A stretch of 63,025 nucleotides of DNA, the filler included, from Klebsormidium nitens (Eukaryota > Plantae > Klebsormidiophyceae), in the NCBI GenBank assembly GCA_000708835.1. It is 7 parts of 7 records of this genome, joined end to end, with 100 filler letters (N's around TTAATTAATTAA, not from the genome) between each part and the next. Parts side by side here need not be neighbours in the genome. Positions count along the whole stretch, not along the records: positions 21,328 to 32,741 come from DF238123.1; positions 32,842 to 41,177 come from DF238251.1; 5 more parts are not named here. The stretch is one strand, 5' to 3'. The notes under the pieces are model-generated. The model saw only the letters and a program-made list of their open reading frames with translations, did not search any database and had not been told where the DNA came from. The position numbers were made by a program, and so were the translations under genes. Shown here piece after piece: positions 30,104-41,277 of the stretch (positions within the stretch are counted from its first letter, which is position 1; every line of letters begins with the position of its first letter).

Positions 30104-32329
30104 ATGGCGGCTCAGGTTCTTTGTCCATCTGCAGAAGCGCAGGCGTTGGCTGCGATGCCTGTGGATGTCCTCCGTCTGATCCTCAAAGACTTCAGCCTGA
30201 AGGAGCGCCTGCGCCTCGAGATTTTGGACAAGAGCCACAGGGATGCGCTGCGGGATCCGGAGCTTTGGCATGCGATAAAGCTAGGAGCTGTGGACGCGCA
30301 AACTTGCACGGAGGACCAGCTTCTGTCTCTGCTGATCAGGCTGGAGCCACGCATGCAGAGAGGCGCAGCTCGGATACGGCGCATGGCGGAGAGCCTGAGT
30401 GACGTCACCGAGGCTTTTATGAAGCACAGGATGGCCAAGTTACTCGCGGTGGAACAGCTGAAGCGGAAAACACGGGCGTCGTTCTGTAGGGAGGCCATCT
30501 TCTTGCAGCTGATGTCCCTGCGGTACCTGCACACCGCAGTGCCTGAGTCGTGGACTCCTGTGAGGTTCTTCCTGGAGACATGCACGCTCTGGGTGGAAGA
30601 CCAGCTGCAGCGGATTCCGCTGGCTGTCCGCTCCGTCTGCAACTTCCTGCGGAACGTACGCAGCAGCGCATCTGCCACCTTCGTGAGGAGCGGAACGAGC
30701 AGTCCGACGGAAAGGCCTGAACGACAGAGGTCAGCCAAGAGAGAGCTCCTTCTCAACGTCTCTGGAGCGGTCCAGTTGTCCCCAAACTTTGTGGCGGCCT
30801 GCGCGATCGCCCTCTCCGCAGCAGGGTTCCAAGTGACTGTCAGAATGGTCGGGGATGGTGACCCCGGTTTCCTGACGAACAACCCGGTGTTAGATGTGAT
30901 TCGGAGTCTGGCGCTCGATTGTGCATTTCTTGTGAATCTCAAGGTGTCCGGTACGTACCCCTGGAAACCGGAATGTCTGGCGCCATTCAACCCGTGGGGA
31001 CCAGCGCAAGAACCGTTTGGCGCATCTGAGGCGATCGAGACGAAACTAGAGCGCGTCGCTGCTTCAGTCGCTCCTCACTTTGATGGCTCGAAAGCAGCTT
31101 TCCAAAGATTCTTGAGAAAGGTTGCTTCAGTCGTCGAACAAAGAGCGGAGATAGCAGCAGTACCGGGCGGTGGAGAGTCGCAAACTAGAGGCGCGACGGC
31201 GGAGGTTTACAGTTACACCGTCATCCTCGAGCACCTCGTTACTCATCTTGAGGAACCTCTCCTCGAGGAGCTCGGGAGATTTCTCCGAGACGCGCCGTCC
31301 GCTCACCGCGTGGTCGTTCGGAATTGCATGCTGAGCCGCTCGGAACTCCGCTCACTTTCCGCTGTGCTTGGCGAGGGCGACGCCGGAACCGTCACCTTCC
31401 AGCATCTCGGCCACGACTTCTCCCGCAACAATGGCATGGCGCGGCCCATCCTCACCTGCGCAGAGCTGCAGGCTAGCCAGGACTTGCAAGCGCTTGCGCT
31501 CGACTTTCCGCTGACTTTGGCGGACCTCGATTCCGTCGCTCTGTTTCTGGAGCGGAACGCCGACGCCCGCGTCGTCATCCATCTGCGGCCGGCCTTTTAT
31601 GCGCAGAGCGCGGCCGCGGCGCGGCAGCTGTTCGCCAAAGTCAGTGAGCTGTGTGCGTCAGGGCGGGGTCGGGTGGTCCTTGCGCTGTACCCGGGCGCCG
31701 GCGTGGTTCCGAGCGGAACGAATCGCGAGAGAGCGGCGGAACAGGGGAGAAAGGCAGCTTATTACCGCGGGGGGTGCCTCGGGGACGCGTTCCTGACATC
31801 CCTGCAGCAGGAAATCCAGTCACCGTTCCGGTTCGAGGAGGCGCTCCGAGCCGCGGACCGCGTGATTTGGGGCATCTGCGTCGCTGACGTCATCTTTGGC
31901 CTTGTGCTTTCCCTGGACTCCGCCTTCTTTGGGGTCAGACTGTTCGGGTTCGCTTCTGAGCTGGGCATCCCGATTACGGTCCAGGTGTTCGTCGCCGCAC
32001 TATCCGGGTGGCCCTCCCTCCGCGCGGCAATCCAGGGCGAGCGAGACCCAATCGACATGGGGATTGTCGTTTTCTCCGTCGGCCTCTTCCCCTTTCTGCC
32101 CTTCGGCGCGACGTGGCGCGTGCTGTACTTTTACCTGTGCGCGTGCCTCGCTTGGACCGTTCTCAAATGGACCGGGAAGATTGCTGTGGGGTGCTTTCAC
32201 TGGGTATGGCCCAAGATCGAGGCGAGAGTAAGGAGATGGTCGTCACGGCAGAGAAGTCGTCAGCCAAAAAGTCGGCCTAGGCAGGTTAATGCATCCGCAG
32301 ACAGGTCGTGCATCGAAGCGGGGTCGTGA
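30104..32329 (+). CDS. Intronless F-box + C-terminal multi-TM protein, copy 2 (741 aa, intact)
   Basis: Single long ORF with an F-box-like LAAMPVDVLRLILKDFSLKERLRLEILDK..LW and about four hydrophobic segments near the C-terminus. Strong similarity to copy 1, including flanks. Confidence 0.8.
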   Translation: MAAQVLCPSAEAQALAAMPVDVLRLILKDFSLKERLRLEILDKSHRDALRDPELWHAIKLGAVDAQTCTEDQLLSLLIRLEPRMQRGAARIRRMAESLSDVTEAFMKHRMAKLLAVEQLKRKTRASFCREAIFLQLMSLRYLHTAVPESWTPVRFFLETCTLWVEDQLQRIPLAVRSVCNFLRNVRSSASATFVRSGTSSPTERPERQRSAKRELLLNVSGAVQLSPNFVAACAIALSAAGFQVTVRMVGDGDPGFLTNNPVLDVIRSLALDCAFLVNLKVSGTYPWKPECLAPFNPWGPAQEPFGASEAIETKLERVAASVAPHFDGSKAAFQRFLRKVASVVEQRAEIAAVPGGGESQTRGATAEVYSYTVILEHLVTHLEEPLLEELGRFLRDAPSAHRVVVRNCMLSRSELRSLSAVLGEGDAGTVTFQHLGHDFSRNNGMARPILTCAELQASQDLQALALDFPLTLADLDSVALFLERNADARVVIHLRPAFYAQSAAAARQLFAKVSELCASGRGRVVLALYPGAGVVPSGTNRERAAEQGRKAAYYRGGCLGDAFLTSLQQEIQSPFRFEEALRAADRVIWGICVADVIFGLVLSLDSAFFGVRLFGFASELGIPITVQVFVAALSGWPSLRAAIQGERDPIDMGIVVFSVGLFPFLPFGATWRVLYFYLCACLAWTVLKWTGKIAVGCFHWVWPKIEARVRRWSSRQRSRQPKSRPRQVNASADRSCIEAGS

Positions 32330-32904
32330 CTAGTCTAGCGGGTGCTCGAGACGGAGACGCGCCTCATCAAACATTTGAAGAACTCTTGAGTGATTGCGCT
32401 AGGACTTTGTTGTCTGTACTGGCCACTTCTAATTGTCGAATGGTTGTAGACGGGTTTGCAATCGGCCCAGGGTAAAAGCAAGAGCAGTAAGTGTGTCAAC
32501 CAATAAGTCTTTGCCCTCACATCGTTCATCTGCGCCATCATGCATCATCTTGGACATGACGTAAGCTTCACGTACTGTGTCGTGCGATATGACGTCCTTG
32601 CGAGATGACGTCCTTGACATGCGATCATGGCCAAAATGAAAAAGATATGTACAATCATAGGCACGCATCATCATCTCATGATCCTTCCCCCCATACCGGG
32701 CGGAGTCGTCCCGACGGAGCCTCGACCAAGGAGCTTGACACNNNNNNNNNNNNNNNNNNNNNNNNNNNNNNNNNNNNNNNNNNNNTTAATTAATTAANNN
32801 NNNNNNNNNNNNNNNNNNNNNNNNNNNNNNNNNNNNNNNNNTAGAGTGTAGACCTAAAGATAGGCCGTGACTCGGAACACTCCATATACATTGTGTGAAC
32901 TTGA

Positions 32905-34464
32905 TTGATTGAATATCACTTCCAACAACGCTGTGTTTCAACACGGAGAGCAATGGACGCGGGAGCAAGGGTCTCCTTTGAGAAGGGAGTAGCCCGGTTC
33001 GAGATGGGAGGTGTGGTGAAAATGGAGGCGGTACAACATGGGGAGTTGTGGGAGATTGTGACGGTGAAGAAGGCGCAGGCATTCGTGGCGGTGAAGGGCC
33101 CGGCCAAAACGGGGTTTCGCTTTGGAGAGGCGGCAAGGAAGCCGCCGGTAGTTGCGGAGAGAAAGCGGATGGAGGTGAAGCCGGTCGAGTTCATTGAGGT
33201 TGATCTTGAGTCGGACGATGAGTCGGACGACGGGCCCGTAAAGGAGTCCCAACCGATAGAGGCGAGCGTTGGGGAGACAATGATCGCTGAGCACGGCACA
33301 ACGGAAGCGTGGGAGCCGCAGCAGAAGGCGTGGGAGCACGGGCGGACATAGTTTTGAAGGGGACGGAGCGAAATGTTTCGACGGACACGTGCGGCAAACG
33401 TTATCCGGATAGAGCGCGAGCGGCACCCGGGAACTTTTGGGAGCCGCCGACCGAGAAGGGGTGGATCACGCCAAGGTCCAAGAAGAGAACGGGTGGAAGA
33501 GGCTAGGTGTGAGCGGGACAATTTGTCTGTGTGGGAGTGTTGAGAAACGGAGTTGATTGGGGCCAAATTGTTGAGTTAGGCTCGATAGATTTGAGCCGGA
33601 GGATCGTGAGTTTTGTCGTGTGATATCGACCGTAGGATTGTGGTTTGTCGCGTGTAATATCGACGGTAGAATTGGAGGTTCGTGTCGTTGAGTATCGACC
33701 GTCCGATTGCGTGTTGACTCGGATTTCGGATCGTTAGATGTGAGTCGACTCGAGTAGTGTAGTAACCCGACCACTAGTAGTACGGTACTACCGACCACTA
33801 GTAGTATAGTGCCCCGGTCACACAAGTCCGAGTGAAATATAGGCCGTATTGTAAGTAGTAGAGTGACCGGTTGACGGAAAGGAGTCCATATAGTTGAACC
33901 GACTAGTGGGTGGTGGAAGTATACCCGACCTAGGCTAGAGTACATCTAGCTACGGGATTCGAGCGACTTGGACTATTGTGATGTGATGGATATTCATTCT
34001 ATTAGAGATGCTTGAAGAGAGGAAGGCGCTTCTTTGTGAAGGCGCTTATTTTTGAGGGTGGTTGGACCCTAGCTTGTGACAAGCATGAGTAAATGATTTC
34101 AACACGGGGTGGGCCGATTGTGGAAGTTGTGCGCGAAGTTATAGGGGTGTCCGAGAAGATCGGAAAGGGCAAGGAGAGCCCAATGACGGCGGGAGAGAGC
34201 GAGCCCGCCAATGTGGAACGGGCAACGGAGAAGCCTGTAGTGGTGTACCCAGATTTGGGAAGATATTTTGCGAGAGTGCGACGGGAGCTCGCCGAGTGGT
34301 ATCAGGCAAATGTGGGAGCAACAACGGAAGCCGTGGGAGCCGAAGAGCCAGAGCACGGAGTGGAGAAGACGTCTCCGGAGAAGAGCGACGATGGCGACAG
34401 TGGAAGCGTGTGGATGACGCCAAAGGCAAAGAAGACAGCCCGCAAGAGGAGCGCGACGAGTTAG
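32905..34464 (+). other. Two related short intronless ORF units (32905-~33506, broken; 34093-34464) encoding acidic/basic low-complexity proteins that end in W-x-T-P-x-x-K-K
   Basis: The endings are KGWITPRSKKRTGG and SVWMTPKAKKTARKR. Both have TTTCAACACGG near the start and a similar downstream sequence (GTCTG(T/A)GTGGGAGTGTTG). Confidence 0.4.
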
Positions 34465-35182
34465 AGGCTTAGAGTAAATCGTCTGAGTGGGAGTGTTGGA
34501 AATCGGTGATATAGTCAGCCGAATTGTGTGTTGAGGATCTGCCCGAGGTAGAATTTGGACTAATGAGCGCCGGCGTGCGTGAACGGCGGCTGGACGGTTA
34601 TAACGTTAGCCGATTTGGAGGTTAGGCTGTTGAGAGCGGCCGTCAGTGTAAGCCGTAGATGAGGATATCGAAGGCTAGGATTGAGTGTGACTGTGAGCTA
34701 GGCTAGTGAGCCTAGTAGAGTGTGAGTAAGGCTAGTAAGCCTAGAAGGCTAGTGAGCCTAGTGGAACGGGAGAGACCCGTAAGACTTTATTGGTGAAGGA
34801 AACCACTAATGTGGTACATCATTTTAAGAGAAGATTGTGGAGAGAAGGGAGCCGCTTGTGAGGCGCTTCGTGTCTTCCTTTTAAGATGCATGGCTGTCAT
34901 CAATGAGTAATGAGCGTGGGTGCCGGGCAAAACGATAAGGCCCGATGACGAGTAACTCAACCAAACTACGAGTCCCTACAATGAGTTCAACATCATACAT
35001 CGGTCTACAATACATTTGTGGAGAAAAGGAAGCCGCTTGTGAGGGGCTTCTTGTGATGCTCTTCGGCTGCATGGCTGCCATCAATGGGTGTGCGTTTGAG
35101 TGCCCAACACTATGATAAGACCCAATGACGAGTGAACACAACATAGATCTACACAAGCAACCTATCGTGGGTACCGGGAGTG

Positions 35183-36240
35183 TCGCACGGGACAGCTACG
35201 GTGCAAAATGTGGCCGGGGCAAATTGACCGGAATCGAATTTATCGGCGGCGGAGTACGCCGCACATTGCGACGATACGGTCGAAATTTCACGGGTCAATT
35301 TTGGGTACTTCGTGGGTAGTCGATCGGTCGACCGTACCAATATCCCCCGAGTTTTTGAAGGTCTACTGCAGATTTGCCCCGATTGTCCCATATTTGGCTG
35401 TAAAATTGGGGTGTAAAGCCATGACTCCACAAGGACTTCCAATAGAGATACAGAGATGCAGCTTGTGCAGGGGGTTCAAGCTTGGAGTGTTGAAGAGCCC
35501 GATGTAATTTACTTGGCAAGGAACTTCCATTTCAAAATGGTTCCAGGCTCATAATGAGGCAAGGTAGGCAAGGAAGAGCTTTTCCAAGACCACCACATCT
35601 TGAAGACAAAGGGCGACTCTTCACATCAATCCTTCAAATTGGACCCTCATTCTAACGGCCGTTGAAATGCCGTGAGGGGTACCCAAGTCCGCGGCGTTCC
35701 GGGTGAGCCGGGCAGTATTTCAGTCTTTACGCTATTTGTAAATTAAGCCCAGGGCATACCGGTACCGGTAGGGACAAGAAAATTTTGTACGGTCCGTATC
35801 ACTCTACCGGTAGGTAGAGAGAACCGCAATAGTGTGTCAGAAAGTACGTACCAACATGGTGCCATCCAGCCGCAGAGCTCCTAAAAGTGGATCCGTGTAG
35901 TAGCTAGGGTAGGTGTTGTCTAAATAAGGTAAATACGCATGTACCGGCCGATCTAGGAAGTCCATGTGCTGTATCCTGCCATGCCAATTTCTATTACAGC
36001 GTTACATCCTGCTAAGTCCGGTCAATCGATTTCCGGGCAATTGTAGAACTTGAATGATCCGGGGCCGAACTGCCGCAAATTGACAGCGATTTTCTACCCC
36101 GGTCAATTTCGGCCGCGGCGAGAAGTGCCGGGATTTCGCGCAACTGCAAAATTGAACTCGTACGGAAATCCGGTGAAATATCCCCGCCGGACGGTGCAAT
36201 TCCGGCCCGACCTACTTTGCACCGTAGCTGTCCCGTGCGA
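35183..36240. mobile_element. Putative non-autonomous TIR element bounded by a perfect 25-bp inverted repeat
   Basis: TCGCACGGGACAGCTACGGTGCAAA (35183-35207) is the exact reverse complement of 36216-36240. Further imperfect similarity (AAATTGACCGG motifs) lies inside. Confidence 0.5.
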
Positions 36241-37434
36241 TTCCGTACCATTCCGGTCACAAATTTGTTTCACCGGTGTCGTGGTTCGCGACAAATCTTG
36301 CACGCAGTATTGACGACCGTACTCGACGGAAATTGAGAATGCAGTCAGACTTCATGAGTTTGCGACCACACAAGCAACCTAGGAATTATTTTATGGTCGC
36401 GGTAATTCGTTCTTTATCTGTTTGAGTCGGGCACGGCGGTGAATTTAAATTTACCGCCAACGAGTCGTCCGGCGTTTTAGCTCAAGTGAAACTTTCGGGA
36501 CTTAGCCGTTTTCGGAGGTTGAAATCGCCCGTACTAGGGGCGAAAGTCAAATTGCGGCCAAATATATGGCCATAAGTCGATCCAAAAAAGTACCTTTTAC
36601 CAAACCCTGCGGTCATCTCTGATATAAGCCCTCCCAATGAACTCCAACATTTTACTCGTCGAATTTGACCCACATTGTATACCGACTATGTCAAATATAT
36701 TCGAAATACCTTACAATTACGATTTTGCTAGTAAAAACGCCGTGAGTACGGGCATACGCGGCTCCGCGTGAAATCCCTACATAGGGTTTGAACTAATGAG
36801 CGCCGGCGTGCATGTACGGCGGTTAGGCTGTTAGCCTAACCGCCGTTGATGAGATTATCGAAGGCTACGGTTTCGAGTGTGAATGTGAACAAGGCTGGTG
36901 AATCTAGTAGAGTGTGACTGAGGCTAGTGAGCGTAATAGGCTAATAAGCCTAAAGGAAGGAGAGATCCGTGAGACAGTAGTGAGGAGGAACACTAGCTTC
37001 ACACATCATTCCAAGAGAAGTTTGTGGAGAGGAGGAAGCCGCCGCTTGTGAGGCATTGCTTGTGTTCCTCAAGGATGCATGGCTGCAATCAACGAGTGAC
37101 GAGCATGGGTGCCGGGGACCACAATAAGACCCGATGTCGAGCGACCACAACACACGTCTAGCCCAATCTCAACAGAGGTCCATTGTAACCACTTCAAAAT
37201 AGCAGCAATACCATGGCGACCCGAAGAAAGCTTGGTAACATTTGATGGTGTCGATCAGCCCAATAACTGTAGATTAGGACCGAGCTACAGTTTGAAGGCG
37301 TGCATGCACGGTATTTAGACGGATAACCGTTGTTAGGAGGTTAGGCCGCGTTAACGACAGTCAATGTGAGCCGTAGATGAAGATATCCATGGCTAAGACC
37401 GACGAGGACTTCGACCTAGGCTAGTGAGGCTAGT

Positions 37435-38977
37435 GAATTGAATCGAATTGAATTGATTTGAAGTCCGTCGGGGCCACGACAGGCCTAGTGGATTATTCTA
37501 CGGTTTATTTGCTGAGCTCGCTTTTCTCCTCTCCATACTCAAATGTACGAATGTAGCTACAGCTCTCTGCTCTAGCCCATTGAGAAAGTGCTTCAGATCG
37601 TCTTTTCCACGTAACGCTGGAAAGAGCGCTTGAAACTCTAGGCGTATGTCACTGTAAGCTGTGCAATCGAATAGGAAATGCTCCTCGTTTTCGACCCGAG
37701 CACTTGCACAAAGCGTACACAACCTACTCGCTCGATCCTGCCTTTGCCATCTTCCCGTTTCCACCGCCAAAGTAGGCAATCCGACACGGATTCTGGGTAG
37801 GGAAAACAGCAACTGTGGCGCATGTTGAAGCTGATCGAAACAGCTCTCCATTGCGTACCCCTCTTTCATCCTCTTGAAGTACGTTTCAAACTTCGAACCT
37901 TTTTGTTCTCGAAGGTCCATCATGTATGCTAATTGGGCACGCTCCGTGAGGAGACGAATGGTCGACCTGCTGGCCCTGTGCAAGTCTGATAACTGAACAA
38001 ACTCGAAGCTCCGTTTCACAAATTTCGCATACCATCCTCCTCTGCCGGCTTCCCAAAGTGCGCTCGACTCTTTCCAAGCCAAACCTGCTAGCCGATCCGT
38101 CCCCAACCCTTCGACCCTCGCCCAGAACTCCGACACTCTCCGCTACCGCTGGACTCCCAGGGGAAACCTCCCAAAGTTTCCCAAGACCGCCTTTGAGCAC
38201 GCAAATTTCCGGGCCCTCAACAGGCCCCTCAAGAACGCTCTGTGCACCGATTCCAGGCAGTCCCCATCTCCGTTCCAACCCCACTCAACCCCGACCCCCG
38301 GCTCCCAAACTTCCGCCCCATACTCCAAAATTGGTCGCACGAGCGAATCGAAAAGCGCCACCTTCGTTTTAGGCAACTTGATGCCGACTTCCTTGCATCG
38401 TGCCTCTAAATCGAACACCGCCTTCCGACCCGCATCGCTCAATTCGCAAGCCGCCCGGGAAGTGCTGCCCAAGCAGTCAAACCAGACCCCACAGTACTTA
38501 TAAGCTTTGACCAATTCGACTTGGTCCTGAGCATACCAACTGTTCCCCGACACTGTTGAACTTGGAGCTGGCCTCCAAAAACGACTATTTGAGTTTTTTG
38601 CAAATTCACGGGATGTTGCTTACTCTCACTAAAACGCTCCGAAATGTCCAGCTTTTTTTATAACCCGTTTCTACTGGTGGCTAGCATCACTACGTCGTCA
38701 GCAAAAAAGATCGCAGAAACTTTCACCCGATGTAGCGACGGGCTATCAGTGTCTTGCGAAAACTCCTCATCCGAGCTATCAACATACAAGCCAAAGAGCG
38801 GTGGGCTTGACGGGCACCCTAGCTTTACCCCCTGCCTGCTCTGAAACGACTCCTCCGAAATCGACCCATCCCCACGTAACCAACACCGGACGTCCTTGTA
38901 CAGGCCTTTTAGAGACTCTAGCATTTGACCGCGGACTCCAAGCTTATCCAACTGCCGCCACAATTTGATTTTGACGT
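37435..38977 (-). mobile_element. 5'-truncated, degenerate non-LTR retrotransposon (RTEX/CR1-L2-like LINE) with 8-bp TSD
   Basis: RT motifs GVKLGCPSSPPLFGLY, FADDVV and YKYCG. C-terminal LAVETGRW..RLCTLC..ENEEHFLFDC..Y..IR. In-frame stops and a frameshift are present. The 3' tail is (CAATT)n-like at 37435-37462. TSD AGGCTAGT at 37427-37434 and 38978-38985. Confidence 0.9.
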
Positions 38978-39993
38978 AGGCTAGTATTCATAGCAGGTTA
39001 GTGAGACTAGTGGAATGGGAAGGACTAGTCCGTGAGGTTTATACCGGTGGAATTCGCTATTCTGATACATTACTCTAAAAGAGGCCCTCTGCAAAAAAGC
39101 AAGCCACCTGTGAGGAGCTTCGTCGAATCATGGCTGTCATCAATGAAAGATGAGTCTGGGTGCTGGGCACCACGATAAGATTCCCGAAACGACAACAACT
39201 ACACTACGAGTCCCTATCATGAAGCATTGATGCGCGTCAACGTCAGGAGCAATACGGGTTCGGAAACATAAATCACTGTGCGGTGGTCAAAGCACATCCA
39301 TTAATCCACCACTTTGTGCGGGAAAGGGTAACCAAAAAGGTCGTCGACTTTGCAAACTGTTTGTCGATCGGAAGGTTTTGCAGGCGGATTTCCTAATCAA
39401 AGCGCGGACACCATGATATTCTCGAAGTGCAAGCATAAGATAGGACTTGCTCATGAGACTTATAGCGTAAAAGAGGATTGAGAATTCGCCAGTACCTGGA
39501 GACGACGCCTTAAATTATGAAACATTCGTTGCTGTTCGATCGAGCCTTTGGTAGGCCGATTTTCCATCGTAGGATGGCGGGTTGTTTGGTGAACCGTACA
39601 CGTGAAATCGACCATCCGATTGAGATGCGATCGTGAGTAGTCGAGTGTTTTGGTCGAGCCCCGACCTCAATGCAGAAGTAGCCCCGACCTGGGAGTACGG
39701 TACTATCGACCACCTTGGTATAGAGATAACGACCATAAATCCAAATGGCCGCTGTTCAACTCACTCAGCGAGAAATACCATATTCTAAATTGAACCTGAA
39801 TGGGTACCTAAATCGTGCAGCATGCCTGAAATGTGTTGTATACTGCCCCAAGTGAGTTGTACAGTGACCTGGTCACTTGAATAGAACTTCATATATTTGA
39901 ACCGACCAGTGCTCGGTAGAGGGGGGACTACGGATTTGGATTGCCATGAACATTGTCATGTGATCAATACTCATTCTTAGTAGTCAGTGTAGC

Positions 39994-40545
39994 CTAGAGA
40001 CAGTTTGAGCCCGCGACGCTGGAGGTATGAGGAAATAGTTGGAGTTGTAAGCCTTTGCAAGCAACGATAGCTTTTGATGAATGAAAGGTCTCGCATAAAT
40101 ACGGGGCTAAATGATAAAGTAGTACTTTCGTGGGAGGCCTGTGACAAAACCCACAAACCTTTCTCAGCGCTTTGGATTGGATCACCTTCCGGCTAGCACA
40201 CGCATCATCTTCGTCATGGCATATGCAAGTTGTCGCGAAATTGTCTACGAGAGTATAAACGCAACTTTTTAAATCCTTTGTCATATGCTTGCTCAACCTG
40301 GGCCAGATCGTAGATTTTTCTAGTAGCATGCTTGGATATTCGATGGCTTCTTCTCTGGTGCGTTCTGCATGCCCCGCCCACGCCTCCACTGGCGGGGGGC
40401 CAGGTGGGCTCGGAGCCGCAATTGGCGTTATTTGAAGAGGGCGGTGTGGCATGGCAATGATCAACAATTGGCTACTCCGACTACCAAAAGATACTCCGTT
40501 CTCTCGGCTTGGGGATCTGCCACACGACGAACTTGGCGGTGCCAC
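39994..40545 (-). CDS. Hypothetical Cys-rich protein fragment
   Basis: 183-aa ORF with protein-like composition in its 3' half (TTCICH, VCGFCH). No family recognised. Confidence 0.25.
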   Translation of the reverse strand: MAPPSSSCGRSPSRENGVSFGSRSSQLLIIAMPHRPLQITPIAAPSPPGPPPVEAWAGHAERTREEAIEYPSMLLEKSTIWPRLSKHMTKDLKSCVYTLVDNFATTCICHDEDDACASRKVIQSKALRKVCGFCHRPPTKVLLYHLAPYLCETFHSSKAIVACKGLQLQLFPHTSSVAGSNCL

Positions 40546-41277
40546 AGTAGACTCGCTTGAGCAGGTTTTTCCAAAGTGACGGGGACTTTAAGGGGGCGCC
40601 GGAATATAAAACTGGTCATTTCTCGTCGGATTTCGAGTTGGCCAGATCAATGTAGCTCAAGCGGTTAGCCCGCTCGCCTAAGCCTGTTAAAACTGGCCGA
40701 GCTCGTGGGGTTTGAATCGCCCAACTTTTATTTCCTTGTTGCACCTTCCTTTTTCAAAAAGGAAACACTCTCTATTGAAGCATATCAACGGAGCATACCC
40801 AGCACCCGATCCGTCCAAAAAGGACTTCCACCCGACGGCTCGGAAGCAACATCGGGAACTATAGGCGCTGATCCAAAGGTTGTGAACGTTGCGAAAGTCA
40901 AGTTCACCGGGTAGCCCTGTCTGTGACGTTACCGGCCTTTCGCAGTCTGTAACGGCACGACTGCGCACCGACTTCTGGCTGCGCGCCAAACTCGCGGCCG
41001 CGCATCGTCCGTTATTATACGCTATCGACTTATTTGATATATCGAATCACTACACGACACGTGTCTGGGTTACTGCTTCACCGCGTGACCGTCCGATAAG
41101 ACCCACGTGCACCGCGTGCGAGGGGACCGTCCGATAAGCTTTCGAGACTAAGCTTATGACCGGCCGAGCACCGAAGCNNNNNNNNNNNNNNNNNNNNNNN
41201 NNNNNNNNNNNNNNNNNNNNNTTAATTAATTAANNNNNNNNNNNNNNNNNNNNNNNNNNNNNNNNNNNNNNNNNNNN

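Larger units (their letters stand above)
34560..39220 (+). repeat. Diverged ~430-bp repeat family in near-tandem copies (34560-34990, partial 35000-35140, 36794-37160, 37310-37434 + 38978-39220), interrupted by insertions
   Basis: Shared blocks: TAATGAGCGCCGGCGTGC, (GGCTAGTGAGCCTAGT)-like subrepeats, GCCGCTTGTGAGG, ATGGCTG(T/C)(C/A)ATCAA, GGGTGC(C/T)GGG..ATAAG. Confidence 0.75.

Noticed and set aside
36527-36753. Small MITE with GCCCGTACT termini
   Set aside because: Only a 9-bp inverted match with weak extension and no TSD seen.
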